Part shown: positions 29,284 through 40,070 of the stretch, in pieces | Position numbering within the stretch: the first letter of the stretch is position 1 | Layout of the letters: each line of letters starts with the position of its first letter | DNA from: Acidobacteriota bacterium | Lineage (GTDB): Bacteria; Acidobacteriota; UBA6911 | Direction: 5' to 3' | Length of the DNA stretch: 64,000 nt | Assembly (NCBI GenBank): GCA_963664705.1 | Contig: OY761556.1 | Coordinates: 6,432,001 to 6,496,000 of the forward strand | Notes under the pieces: model-generated | Database searches by the model: none | What the model was told of the DNA's origin: nothing | The model's input: the letters and a program-made list of their open reading frames with translations, nothing else | Translations under genes and position numbers: made by a program

Positions 29284-32200
29284 CAGGGGGCCTCATCGGC
29301 GTGACATACAATTGTGGCAGCAGGTGTAAGCATCCCGCGATCGATTCTCTCGGGACGAAACTCCTTTCCAGTTGCACTTCCATAGGATATTTGGAGGCGA
29401 GGCGGAGAGTTCTCGTCGCCAGGCAAATCTTTTGCATGAGCGATCGTCCAGTCCGTTTGCGTGACGCCAAATTTCCCCCGCGATCGCAGAATTACTACCC
29501 AGGCATCCGAGCCCAGATCTCCTGCAGAGAATGGACGGACGACAAGCCATCCCCCTGCATTATAGCCGGCATTCTTGAGACCGGGGCTGGGGATGCGAAT
29601 CGCAAAGCTGCCATCAACGCTGTCAACGCTAACTAAAAGCCTCACCTTTCCATGAGTTTCGGTAGCGTTCGCAGCCCTAAGGTCCTTTACAGGTAGCTCA
29701 ACGACACGACTCTTTGACACGGCCTGATTTGCTGGGCTAAATGCGAAAGCACTCGACGCACTACTCATTCCAATGGCTTGTTGGTACGCGGACGGCAGAT
29801 CATGTTCGACAAGATAGTCTGGCAGGATTATGCGCTGCGAATTGCCACGCGACGCGGTTGGATGATTCCTCTCGGCTACATCATTTGCGATGAGCGCGGG
29901 ATAAATGCCGACCGTCATTGAACGCGGGCCGTTGCAGCATAAGGCTCCGCTGGCATCGGTAGCAGTGGCCCAACCTTCAAGCTCAAGAAAGCGCGCTAAG
30001 GGGCGCAAAGATCGAGACTGCTCAGTGGCAGAGGCGAATGGTGGAGTCGTCGCTGTGCGGAAGAACCGAAGCAATTGGAGAGCGAGACGGCGATCCAGCC
30101 GACTGTGGAGGAAGCGATTGCCGTAGTGGCGAAGACATTTTGTACATGATCGCTCGCACTGCCCGGGGCATTCTCTCAGTAGATCCTCCGTCCTGTCGAG
30201 GATCTGCTGCAACTGCCCGCCTGCTTCGGCCGAATAGCCGGCACCGCCCGATGCCGTATCAAATAAATATATCTCTGCGACGCCTTCATCTCCTTCGGCA
30301 AGTGCTGGCAGTAATCGATATCCGGCAGAGAGTTCACCTGGATCGATGTCGAGATGGAGACTGGCTCCGAGAGAGAGAGCCTCTGCAAGGGTCGTAAGAG
30401 CGTCATATATCCAAGGCTGTTCGGGCTGGAAGTCCAGCGGGCGACGGAATGCGCCGCGTAGTAACAACAGGTCGGTTCTGAAGTCATGCACCATGAACAG
30501 GCCGCGTCGCACCTCTCCATTGCATTTATTGCCAGCTCCGTCGCGATCCAGGATATGTTTTGGAATGAGAAATGGACGAACATGAGAACCTTCGGGTTCA
30601 TCTCCATCGATCCAAGCTGCACCACAACTTTCACATACGCTGAAGCCAGCAGCATCTTTCCCTTTGTTGGCAACGACCAATTGGACATCCTCGCCATATG
30701 CGTGGCTTAGGTTGATGCCGGGTCCCTCTCGCCAATCGAATTCTTCACGACCAGCAATTTCGGGAAGCTGCGCCGAAGAAGCGAATGTAATGTCCTGTTC
30801 GCGATCTCCCTCGCGAAGGGGTTGCGCAGCTTCTGGCGAGAAAGCAGGTGGGTCGAGATATTCTCGCACGAAAAGAGGCGTCTTGCACACCGGGCACGGT
30901 GAGCCTTCGATTGTGCGGACAGGAGCACTTCCATCTTCAATTGATATAAAGGAACACCGCGAACACCCGACGTAGCGACTGAGTGGTTTAGAGAAAAGCA
31001 CTGTTGCAGGTGCAGCAGATGGCTGTCCGTCAACAAAAATACCACCGACGCGATATGTCTGTTTGTTTACGACCAGAAGACGACCAGGTGCATACTCACT
31101 CAGAGCTTGTGACTTCCCAAGTTGAGGCCGCTCCGCTATGTTGACTCGCCAACGCGAGTTGCTTTTATCCCACTCCTGAATAACGAAACTGCAGAGGTCT
31201 GTGGGAAAGGCGTAAGATGGGAGGAGTCCATGATCAAAGAAGAGGTCGAGAAGGCCTCGGGCGTCGTCATTGTTCACGCCTGCCTCGCCTGTTTCCGCTT
31301 GAACTGGCAAAGCCTCGCGATATTCATTGCGAATCTCAGTGAGCCTGTAGAGCAGCGTATCGGCTATCTTACGCACGAAAATCTGTCTCTCATCGGCAAG
31401 TCCGGTTTTAAAAATAGCTGCGGGAAGCCAATTTGCCACTTCCTTCACAACGGCACTCTTTGGCGTAAGCACGGTATGCTGCATCCATTGTTCGAATTCT
31501 GAAAATGAGAACTCACTCATTGCTATGAAGAAGTCATCCGCGCTGCCAAATGCACTCATAATATTGGGGCGTTGTTCAGCAATCTTGGCTTGCCCTTCAA
31601 CGGAGAGAGCATCCAGCCGCGAATGGAAGAAAGTCTGGAGCAGATATGAGTTTACGTGTCGCCGTGCAAGTCGGGGGTTATCGGCTTTCAATCGGGGTTC
31701 TCGTGGTGCACCGCTGATTATCGCATCGGGGTGGGCAAAGTAGTGAGCATCATGTGCCCCACCCTGAGCGAACATGAGGACTGACGAGACTGACATGCCG
31801 CGACGTCCAGCTCGCCCGGCTCGTTGTTGGTAATTCTCGCGCTGAGGCGGAACTGTTCGGAGCCCGACTGCTGTGAGTGAACCGATGTCGATGCCGACCT
31901 CCATTGTTGTCGTGCAACTCAGGATATCCACGGGGGGCTGGTCAGCACCCAGTTGCACATCTTGGAAGCGAAGCTCAAACTCCTCAGTCGTTGCATAGAC
32001 TACGCCTGCGTCACGCTGAGAGAGCTGAGCGGTGTGTTCTTCTGCCGTAATATGGATCGGTCGATCGCCACGAAGGACCGATCTCAACGGCTCGCGAAAG
32101 AATCCTTTGCGCGATCTCATGTATTCGTGTTCTGGCGGGATATCCTCAAGTCGCTTGTCCTGGCAGTTGCCACAAGTGCCGAGAAATGGCTTCGCCTGCA

Positions 32201-35200
32201 AATGCCCGCAGACGGTGCACCGCAGCCATACATTGTCGAGCGCAAGGCGCAAGATCAGCCCATCGGTAACAATGAGACGGCCGGAGTCGTCGCCAGCAAA
32301 TGTGTCCCGGGTGAAGACATCGAAAAGCTCATCCCGAAGCCGATCGAGATCGGTAATGGCCAGTCCCGTCTGTATGCGAAGGCGCTCGAAGAACTGCTTA
32401 AGGCCGTCCGCAGCACGAATTGGTTGAAAATAGCCAAACTCGTCGATGCGAGCATCCTTTCCAAGTGCGGGATCGAATGCGAAGCGCCCAAGCATCTCGC
32501 CAAGCCATGCGTTCGCAATCTCCTCGATCATGGGGGCCGTGCAGACACCAGCAAGTCGCCTTTGTAGGATGCGAAGTTTCGCAGGCGCGGCTTCGACTAC
32601 AGCTGCGCAGGCTGCGACCAGAGAGTAATACGGATCCGCAATCTGGCGCAGCAGGGCAGTTCGGAAACGCGTTGGAGGGGTGGGATGCCACTTGTCCGCA
32701 AGAGCAGTGTCTAGATCGTCGTAGTCCTTGCGGAATCGCGCACACTCCTCAAGCAATTCCTTCTGGTTGCGGCCATCGAAAAAGTGGAGGTAGTGGCGTG
32801 CACAGATAGCAACAAATGCTGCGTATAAGGTCTCGTCTAGAGTCGCTGGAAGTGGTGTGGGAAGTTGGCTTAACTCTTGACATGCAAGAACGAGTGCTTC
32901 TCTGAACGAATCGCGTTCGACCTCACGAGGTAGGTCGCGTGCGAGCCGGGCCGCTTTTTGCCGACCGTCGCTGAAGAGGAGAGCCTTGCGACCTTCGTTT
33001 GGATGTTGTTCGCTTAGTTCCTTTGAAGCGAATTGTGAGACAAACTGTTCTCTTACAAGGTTGGCGAATGGCTGCTCACCTTTTGTCGAAAGGTCCATTA
33101 TTTTTAGTGTCCCCCCGGATTGAGTCCTTCTCGTACAAGCCGGACAGACACCGAATGTAGTGATATTTTTAATCTTTTCAGCGGGAGCGTGTGCGCGGTA
33201 GCAGAGGAGAGTGCCCTCAGACGCTGTATGTGTTGTAGAAAGCACGCGCCCAGTTTTAACGTCAATCACCATTGGGACGACTGCCCCTCTCTGCTCAGGG
33301 TGGGGTTCCTCCACGAATAGGTGCAGTTCGTGGAGCGGTTGACCGAATTCCCTCAAATTCCCCCCCTGCTCGTGCCAGAGAAAGTCGGGAGTAGCGCTTG
33401 TCGCAAACGCTCGAAGATAAGCTGCGCCGCAGTCGCGATGAGTGAGGAGTTCGAATACTCGTCCTCCGCATTCGCACTGAGTATGTGGCTCAGCATATAG
33501 GCGACCTAGGAGCGTCTCTCCTGGAGAGTATCGCCGGGCTGAGCAACTCGAGTTTATACAGGCATAGAGCGGGGGAAGTCCGCGAAAAAGAAGGTGAACT
33601 CGCGTTGGTAATAGCGGTTGCTCTTCCCGTCCCTGTTCGGGTCGCCGAGCGAAGGTGCCGAGGGCAAGGAGTCCGTCTGTTGCTCGCTTGGCTTCAACAT
33701 GATCACTTTCTGGGAATAGCGTCTGAGACAGTGTCGAGAATTCACATGCATTGCCCGATGCTTGTTCGATGAGCAGTTCGAGGGGGCCGAACCCAGTTAG
33801 CGATTGGCAGACATATTTACGAGTCGCAATGTCGTTTCTATTGACAATCGGGGTGGGAGTTATCCAGCCTAGGTGTTTGGCAACGTCGGCTAAAACAGTG
33901 TTGGCCTCTCCAGGAGCGAACCCTGATGCCGCCAAAACATTTGGATTCACCGCCGCGAGAGCATTCGCCTCATCACGAGTTCCGGTGCGAGCGCCGGACC
34001 GAGCCTCGCGCGTACCACGAATGATCGCAAAATCCCTTTTGTTGGTTTCGCCCGTGAGATCCCGAGCGAACTCACGGACAGCCTTCTCTGCTGCTGGGTT
34101 CGTGCCCAGGCTGGCACTTGTCAGAATACAACGAAGCCGATCGCGTCCAATGCCCAGACGGGAGAGAAGACGACGAATCAGGAGACCGACCTCCGCTCCA
34201 CCAACGCCGCGGTACATGTGAGCTTCGTCGAGGATTAATATAAATTGATTATTTGCGTCGGAAGCGAGCCATGAGTGCGTTTGTTCAAACAGGGATCGCT
34301 CAATGGGCCTGAGCATCATATATTCGAGCATCGAATAGTTGGTGATGAGGAGGTCGGGTGCATGTATTTGCATCTCATGACGTGTGAGCAACTCTCGGTC
34401 TTGTGGCTGCGTCAGGAATCGCCGGCTCCAATAGTGACGGGTTCGCTCCTTTCCGGCATGTTTGCCACTCCTCACGAGTTCTCTCTCCTCGATGTCCCTC
34501 GCATAAAAATTCACGATGTCTTTCGCTGGCCACCGCCCGTGTTTTTTCAGTTCTGCAACCAATGCCTTATCTTCGATCTTTGACGATGTCTCAAGCCCTT
34601 CGTAGTAGCTAAGCAGAGCGTCGAGGTGTCGCTGATCCTTCGTACCGGACCGCACCCCAGGGTACGGAGTACGACTAGTGTACATGCCAAAGAGAACACG
34701 CCGTCCCCAGCGTTGCTCCATCATTTTTGCGAGCCTCTCGTCTCCAATAAGGCAACGAAGGCGGGCAGTCTGATCACTGACTAGAGCATTCATTGGATAT
34801 AGAAGTAGGGCTCGTACTCCGTGGAGTGCAAATGATGCACGTCGCTCTGTTCCCTCGAGAGCGAGGGTGCCAAGGATGGAATAGAGGAATGTCTCTGTTT
34901 TTCCTGAGCCCGTCCCTGTGGCTACGATCAAATCGTTACCATCAGCTCCCTTTGCGAAAAATTGTTCAAGTGCATCGGCCTGGTGTCGGTAAGGAGGATA
35001 GACGCCAATTCCTGGTTTCCATTCAGAGAGTTCCTGTAAGAGCCCTGTTACTGGTTTGGGTGCTCTCAGTCCGGAAAAACTACCGGAAACAGCATACGAA
35101 GGTGTTATCTCGATAAACGGACGCTGCGAGATGCCCCCGGGTTCTTCAAGGAGCAATCGCCTTTCCTCGATAAGTGCAGAATTGCGAATGTGATACTGCG

Positions 35201-35276
35201 CTTCAAGATATCTGCGCAACCTTAGGTGAATCCTCTGCGCAACCTCGTTGACCCCAAGTTCGATCTGGTGATTCAT
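29283..35276 (-). CDS. druE: Large DEAD/DEAH helicase with DUF1998 (Druantia DruE-like)
   Basis: TGTGSGKTE, YPMNAL, TNYSMLEY, DEAH, FSDGRQKAARLA, TTTMEVGIDIG, QRAGRAGRR, DUF1998 (DTASGGAGY, C..C..SCTKCL); about 2000 aa from ATG 35276. Confidence 0.88.
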   Translation of the reverse strand: MNHQIELGVNEVAQRIHLRLRRYLEAQYHIRNSALIEERRLLLEEPGGISQRPFIEITPSYAVSGSFSGLRAPKPVTGLLQELSEWKPGIGVYPPYRHQADALEQFFAKGADGNDLIVATGTGSGKTETFLYSILGTLALEGTERRASFALHGVRALLLYPMNALVSDQTARLRCLIGDERLAKMMEQRWGRRVLFGMYTSRTPYPGVRSGTKDQRHLDALLSYYEGLETSSKIEDKALVAELKKHGRWPAKDIVNFYARDIEERELVRSGKHAGKERTRHYWSRRFLTQPQDRELLTRHEMQIHAPDLLITNYSMLEYMMLRPIERSLFEQTHSWLASDANNQFILILDEAHMYRGVGGAEVGLLIRRLLSRLGIGRDRLRCILTSASLGTNPAAEKAVREFARDLTGETNKRDFAIIRGTREARSGARTGTRDEANALAAVNPNVLAASGFAPGEANTVLADVAKHLGWITPTPIVNRNDIATRKYVCQSLTGFGPLELLIEQASGNACEFSTLSQTLFPESDHVEAKRATDGLLALGTFARRPEQGREEQPLLPTRVHLLFRGLPPLYACINSSCSARRYSPGETLLGRLYAEPHTQCECGGRVFELLTHRDCGAAYLRAFATSATPDFLWHEQGGNLREFGQPLHELHLFVEEPHPEQRGAVVPMVIDVKTGRVLSTTHTASEGTLLCYRAHAPAEKIKNITTFGVCPACTRRTQSGGTLKIMDLSTKGEQPFANLVREQFVSQFASKELSEQHPNEGRKALLFSDGRQKAARLARDLPREVERDSFREALVLACQELSQLPTPLPATLDETLYAAFVAICARHYLHFFDGRNQKELLEECARFRKDYDDLDTALADKWHPTPPTRFRTALLRQIADPYYSLVAACAAVVEAAPAKLRILQRRLAGVCTAPMIEEIANAWLGEMLGRFAFDPALGKDARIDEFGYFQPIRAADGLKQFFERLRIQTGLAITDLDRLRDELFDVFTRDTFAGDDSGRLIVTDGLILRLALDNVWLRCTVCGHLQAKPFLGTCGNCQDKRLEDIPPEHEYMRSRKGFFREPLRSVLRGDRPIHITAEEHTAQLSQRDAGVVYATTEEFELRFQDVQLGADQPPVDILSCTTTMEVGIDIGSLTAVGLRTVPPQRENYQQRAGRAGRRGMSVSSVLMFAQGGAHDAHYFAHPDAIISGAPREPRLKADNPRLARRHVNSYLLQTFFHSRLDALSVEGQAKIAEQRPNIMSAFGSADDFFIAMSEFSFSEFEQWMQHTVLTPKSAVVKEVANWLPAAIFKTGLADERQIFVRKIADTLLYRLTEIRNEYREALPVQAETGEAGVNNDDARGLLDLFFDHGLLPSYAFPTDLCSFVIQEWDKSNSRWRVNIAERPQLGKSQALSEYAPGRLLVVNKQTYRVGGIFVDGQPSAAPATVLFSKPLSRYVGCSRCSFISIEDGSAPVRTIEGSPCPVCKTPLFVREYLDPPAFSPEAAQPLREGDREQDITFASSAQLPEIAGREEFDWREGPGINLSHAYGEDVQLVVANKGKDAAGFSVCESCGAAWIDGDEPEGSHVRPFLIPKHILDRDGAGNKCNGEVRRGLFMVHDFRTDLLLLRGAFRRPLDFQPEQPWIYDALTTLAEALSLGASLHLDIDPGELSAGYRLLPALAEGDEGVAEIYLFDTASGGAGYSAEAGGQLQQILDRTEDLLRECPGQCERSCTKCLRHYGNRFLHSRLDRRLALQLLRFFRTATTPPFASATEQSRSLRPLARFLELEGWATATDASGALCCNGPRSMTVGIYPALIANDVAERNHPTASRGNSQRIILPDYLVEHDLPSAYQQAIGMSSASSAFAFSPANQAVSKSRVVELPVKDLRAANATETHGKVRLLVSVDSVDGSFAIRIPSPGLKNAGYNAGGWLVVRPFSAGDLGSDAWVVILRSRGKFGVTQTDWTIAHAKDLPGDENSPPRLQISYGSATGKEFRPERIDRGMLTPAATIVCHADEAP

Positions 35277-35299
35277 CAGTGATCCTTTCTGATTCACTG

Positions 35300-36334
35300 T
35301 TAGAACTCGATTCCGAGCCAGCGGAGCCTTTTGATTGCGAGTTCTTCGGAACGTACGAACGTCCACCTGCGCTGATAAGGATGATCTTCAGGAATCGTTA
35401 AGGAACCAAGCGCAGCAAACATACGCTGTTCTGAGCGGGGAAGCTCACTGGTAAACAGCCATTCATTTTTCCCATCTATGCATCTTGATTTTGCGCGGAC
35501 CGGATTCTTTGCTGCTAGGTCGTATGCGTACATAAGACGCCGAGCGTCAATACCATGGAGTTCGCATGTGCTCGTTATCTGATTGGAGCGCACATCAACC
35601 AGTCGATATTCACGCGCTCCATAAATCCGTGTGCGCCGGGCTAGTAGAGTGCCTGCCGTGGTCCCCGGAAAAGCGAACCACCGCTTAAACTGAGGAATTC
35701 CGGGTCCTACAGCACCCGGCGAGTAAAACTCGAATGAGTCCGAGTTCGCGGGTACATAGGGCTGGCGATCGAGAGAGTCAATAATCCCCTGCGCCCATTC
35801 TTGGAGCAAAAGCGAAAGCTTCGGCAGTTTCGCCCATGATTCCAGAGCCTCAACCGGCAGAATCGAAGCCAACTCCAATGGGAGACTGTCAAGATGACGA
35901 TGAGGACCATGGTATTGCACAGCATCTTGTGCGATTGGCAAAAATGCGGAAGGAATCCCTCCGACGAGCAAGTACCCCGACTTTTCAGGAAGCTCCACCA
36001 AGCGAGTAGTCGCTGGAACCCAGTAACCGTTGCTTAACTCAAGCAGATCTCCGGCGTCTTCCAGCAATGAGAGAGCCTCCCTCAACTCTGTGCGGAGGGT
36101 CTCTTTGCTGGTTCTTGAGCCCTCTGAAAGGAGTCTCCACGTTGGAAGTGCTGTGCCGAGCAAGCGGTTGACATGTACCTTGCTTGAGGGCGCGGCCATG
36201 CTCCAAACCGTAGATCGTAGAATTTCAAAGCGACTATCGGAGGGCAGGCATGAATTATCAATGCCTATTACGCGTCTAACGGCATTAGCCGCCCGCTGCG
36301 TCGGCCCATAAAACACCTCAAAACTCACTAGCAA
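35300..36334 (-). CDS. druD: Druantia DruD-like protein
   Basis: 344 aa gene directly upstream of druE (GDLLELSNGYWVP); order and size fit type I Druantia. Confidence 0.6.
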   Translation of the reverse strand: MLVSFEVFYGPTQRAANAVRRVIGIDNSCLPSDSRFEILRSTVWSMAAPSSKVHVNRLLGTALPTWRLLSEGSRTSKETLRTELREALSLLEDAGDLLELSNGYWVPATTRLVELPEKSGYLLVGGIPSAFLPIAQDAVQYHGPHRHLDSLPLELASILPVEALESWAKLPKLSLLLQEWAQGIIDSLDRQPYVPANSDSFEFYSPGAVGPGIPQFKRWFAFPGTTAGTLLARRTRIYGAREYRLVDVRSNQITSTCELHGIDARRLMYAYDLAAKNPVRAKSRCIDGKNEWLFTSELPRSEQRMFAALGSLTIPEDHPYQRRWTFVRSEELAIKRLRWLGIEF

Positions 36335-38373
36335 AGCCTCCTTCGAAGACGGCTTAGCGTTGCGGCGAATGTTCCCTCTTCATCTCCCGCTTTGCTAAGC
36401 GCATTAGCTTGTTCTTCGGCGTTCAGCGCGGTGGCAACATAGGGGAGGATAAGACCATTCAGCAGTGCATCGGTGATGCGCTCCTCCCCACTATAGAGTC
36501 GGGTAAGTGCCGAGCCGAAGCGCTCTAAGGCGGGCCGAATTTCGAGACACTCCGGCCAAGCATCAATGAGCGAATCAATCACGGCAATCGGAACATCTCC
36601 AAGTGCCATGAACTCGCTCGACAAGGAGAGATCTCCCAGTGCAGTCTCCCCATTCGTTGATGCTGAACTCGGCTCAGGATAGATGGCAACCGCGTGGCTC
36701 CAGAGTTGGGGTGTGACGGGCACCGTGGTTGCGCCTGCCACGAATGTAGCAGCCAGCTTTAAACCGCCCATTGAGGCGATCGTTGACAATCCTGCGTCAG
36801 TCATCTGAAGGAGCGGCAAAACCGATGCTTCAAGCGGCGATCGATTAGCTCCCTCGAGTACAACAAGCGAGATGCCATCGATGTCCTTTGCGGCTGCAAC
36901 TGCATCTACGATGCCGCCCCCAGGAGCTTCGTCGAAATCCATCGGTTGGATGGAGTTCGGTGCAACGTGAATAATCAGCAGACGGTCACCGCAGATGCCG
37001 CGAGAGTATGCGGCGAGCGCAGCCAGTGCCCCAGGCCCAAGAGTAACGGGCATGAGACTTGCCGCCGTCGCAGCATGGATATGAATCATCACTGAAGGAT
37101 CGACGCCTCGTGCACGAGCTGCGTTCATTAGCATGCGTCGAAGAGAGACCCGGTCATTTATGCTCTCGCCTCTTGAGCTTGACCAATTAACGGAGCATCT
37201 CAATTTTTTGGGGGTGGGCGTGCTCGTTAAACGGCTTCCCTCGATACCAAGCAGCGGCCGCAACACGCTGACTTCTGCGAGGAGATCCAGCGGACGACTA
37301 ATAGCCTCAATCACGCGCGCTTTCACCGCCGCTTCGGTTTCACCTGCGACGATCACCTCTTTGTTCTTAAGCTCGATCAGCTTTTCCTCTGTCCTGCGCA
37401 ACTCCATCTCATTGGAGTTGAGTTGAGACATCATCTGGGCGTGCGCTTCTGTTGCATCTTTTAGTGCAGCGACTTCGTGCGCGAGCCGCTTTTCGAGGTC
37501 AGTCCGTATGCTTTGCTCGGTGTCTGTTTGAACCTTAGCTTTGAATTCGTCGATCGCTGCCTTTATTGCCGGATGCTCTCGCAAGATCTTCGATAACTCA
37601 TTTGCTTGGCTCGCAACAACTTCGGTATGCTCGAGAAGTGTTAGTGCTCGGTTTATCCGATAGAGATCCACTTCCGCATCGGGACTAGTTCCTTGAGATG
37701 CAAGTGCATGAGCTGCATCAGCGAGTTGCTTCTTCGTCTGTCCGGTGTCGTATCCTGCCTCTTTCGCTATGCGAACAGCAGTCTCCAAAGCTCGGCGCAG
37801 AACGAGAGCATCATCGTCCCAGTCGACGTAGCCGGATGGAGCCTTGCGGTCGACCTTCAGTAGCCGTTCATCTTGGTCTACCATAATAGATCGCACTTGC
37901 GAGCCCGTGAATATGGGTATGCGAGCCAAGTTCGTCCCGTTCAACTTAGCCATGCCTGTTTGTAAACGCGTTAACTCGACAGGTCCGACGAGAACGTCAG
38001 GCTCGCACCATAGTAATGCGCGTATCGTTCCAGCGTGTTTGGGCAACCGGATAAGTTCAGAAGCGAGCAAGGATCGGACAGCGGACACGGTCCCACAACT
38101 TCTCAGATCAAGAACCTCGAAGGCAGGTTTGGGATCTACGAGCCTATACTTGTATTTCTCGTTGGCGTTTTGTTCAGGCTCGAAGATTATGAGTGCGCCT
38201 TCTATTGCCATTTGAGCATTCGGCCAGAAGACCTGTCCCATGGATGGGAACTCCTCCATTGCATCTACCTGACGCCAATCGGTCTTTTGAAATTCAATAA
38301 GAGGACGTACTCCAGCGATAGGGTGGCCACCCTTGTCATGATGCGTCCATTCCACGACACCAAGCAATTTCAT
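36328..38373 (-). CDS. druC: Druantia DruC-like protein (coiled coil + degenerate McrB-like AAA+ region)
   Basis: 681 aa, central coiled coil, LVVLEGANRSPLE resembling McrB hhhhDEhNR; position in operon. Confidence 0.6.
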   Translation of the reverse strand: MKLLGVVEWTHHDKGGHPIAGVRPLIEFQKTDWRQVDAMEEFPSMGQVFWPNAQMAIEGALIIFEPEQNANEKYKYRLVDPKPAFEVLDLRSCGTVSAVRSLLASELIRLPKHAGTIRALLWCEPDVLVGPVELTRLQTGMAKLNGTNLARIPIFTGSQVRSIMVDQDERLLKVDRKAPSGYVDWDDDALVLRRALETAVRIAKEAGYDTGQTKKQLADAAHALASQGTSPDAEVDLYRINRALTLLEHTEVVASQANELSKILREHPAIKAAIDEFKAKVQTDTEQSIRTDLEKRLAHEVAALKDATEAHAQMMSQLNSNEMELRRTEEKLIELKNKEVIVAGETEAAVKARVIEAISRPLDLLAEVSVLRPLLGIEGSRLTSTPTPKKLRCSVNWSSSRGESINDRVSLRRMLMNAARARGVDPSVMIHIHAATAASLMPVTLGPGALAALAAYSRGICGDRLLIIHVAPNSIQPMDFDEAPGGGIVDAVAAAKDIDGISLVVLEGANRSPLEASVLPLLQMTDAGLSTIASMGGLKLAATFVAGATTVPVTPQLWSHAVAIYPEPSSASTNGETALGDLSLSSEFMALGDVPIAVIDSLIDAWPECLEIRPALERFGSALTRLYSGEERITDALLNGLILPYVATALNAEEQANALSKAGDEEGTFAATLSRLRRRLC

Positions 38374-40070
38374 GAGCGAGCCCCTCCAACTTCTTTTTTG
38401 CGTCGTCGCAGATCCAGTCGAGCACGGATGAGGGGAGCAGCTCCGACTAATCGCATTACCAGAGAAGTCTCTGATCGAGGTTGAACAAGGAGACTTGGGG
38501 ATACAGACTCCTCAATATGAGTGTTCAGGCTCGAGACATGATTGTGCCAAGCCAGCCGGCTGCCAGCAAAATCCTCACGAGGGGTGTCGGCGGCCGTTAA
38601 CACCGGGACGATCTCAATATGCCCGAAGTTGTCCGCCTCCAGTTCAATGCGCGATGCGGTTGAGAACGCAGCCTTAATCATTCTTTCCGCGTCGGCATGT
38701 GCGAGACCTCGGCTGGAGCGCTGCTTGCCCCGCTCCCACAATGTGAGTGAAATACGTACGTTATCAACGCCGAGGTCGATTCGTACTTCAGGCAACTCAT
38801 GCGCAGTAATGCTGATCCTGTGGCTTGCGGCTTGCCATGCCTCGATACATAGTTCGCCTATAAAAACACGTATCCGCGGTGTCTCTGCCAACAACTGTAG
38901 CAGCGCAACACGTGACGGTTTCTGGGCGAAACAGATATCGATGCTGGCATTCAACTCCGTATCGATATCAAGACGCGCAAGGGCAGTGCTAGCAGATCCC
39001 ATGATGACGTGAGCGATATTTTCTTCTGACGCTTTTACGATGGTTCTAAGGGAATTTGTCCCAATCGTGCAGGAAGCAAGAGCTTTGTCGCCACAGTTGG
39101 GAGCCTCCAAGGTGAATATGGGCGAGTCTCCAACCCAAAAGATGGGCTTATCGTATTCATTGTACGCGCGGGGTGGTGTGACGAGTTCCACACTCCATGG
39201 GCGGGGTAGTAACTCATGCCCGAGTCGCTTAAGCCAGATCGATGTGCTGTCAATGTCCTCAGACGGGAAATGAACCTCCCAGATTGTCCAAAGTATGCTT
39301 GTGCTGGAGAAATGGGCGCAAGCCTGAGCAACTATCGAATCTGGAGGAGCGCAGCGCTCATCTGCGAGCAGGATGAGTGTCTCCCCCTGATGTACTCCCG
39401 AGCCCGCGCGGAGTCGCGTCCACTCTCCGCAACGGAGTCGGAATAACGTTCCCTTGACTTCAAGTCCTCGCGATTTTAGGTGCCAGCGTTCCTTGTCGAT
39501 CGTCTCCGGCCATACTCCCTCCGGTTCTGTGCTAAATTCTTGGAGACTTGGAACAACGCTAACGCGCGCGGCTCCAATGCCAGGCCGCAGGTCGAGTGCG
39601 CTGACTTTCAGAAGAAGCTTTTGCCCCGCGAAAATTTCTATATATGCCGATCGCAGTTCGTTGAGTGTTCCATCCCCCAATTCATCGCCTGGGATCTCCG
39701 GTAAGCGCAGGCCTAACCCCCAAATTCCATCAAGTTGGGTTAGCAGCAATCCGAGTTCGGAAGGATCCTCCTCGACCTCTGCGAGAGTGGTCGTTGTGGC
39801 TCCACTAGCTGTATATGTTCCGGGATGGTACTGATCGCATTCAGGGGTTCCCTCGCCAGGGTAGTGACGGAAGTGCGGTCTCTGGATATGGACTTCTGGA
39901 AGGTATACTTGACCACCGCAGCCGGGACGCGGACACACATACTGGTGCCTTCGAAAGGCGTTTTGGGCCGCCACGATTTTTCCGCTAAATGCATCCTTTG
40001 CGTAATCCATAGATCGTCTTAATTGTTCACTGTTGGGGCCAGTTTCATCGCCTCCAATTGCATTCAGCAT
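38370..40070 (-). CDS. druB: Druantia DruB-like protein with N-terminal CoiA-like Zn motif
   Basis: YVCPRPGC...PHFRH...C. First gene of the operon, ATGA-coupled to druC. Start may be 40010. Confidence 0.58.
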   Translation of the reverse strand: MLNAIGGDETGPNSEQLRRSMDYAKDAFSGKIVAAQNAFRRHQYVCPRPGCGGQVYLPEVHIQRPHFRHYPGEGTPECDQYHPGTYTASGATTTTLAEVEEDPSELGLLLTQLDGIWGLGLRLPEIPGDELGDGTLNELRSAYIEIFAGQKLLLKVSALDLRPGIGAARVSVVPSLQEFSTEPEGVWPETIDKERWHLKSRGLEVKGTLFRLRCGEWTRLRAGSGVHQGETLILLADERCAPPDSIVAQACAHFSSTSILWTIWEVHFPSEDIDSTSIWLKRLGHELLPRPWSVELVTPPRAYNEYDKPIFWVGDSPIFTLEAPNCGDKALASCTIGTNSLRTIVKASEENIAHVIMGSASTALARLDIDTELNASIDICFAQKPSRVALLQLLAETPRIRVFIGELCIEAWQAASHRISITAHELPEVRIDLGVDNVRISLTLWERGKQRSSRGLAHADAERMIKAAFSTASRIELEADNFGHIEIVPVLTAADTPREDFAGSRLAWHNHVSSLNTHIEESVSPSLLVQPRSETSLVMRLVGAAPLIRARLDLRRRKKEVGGARS

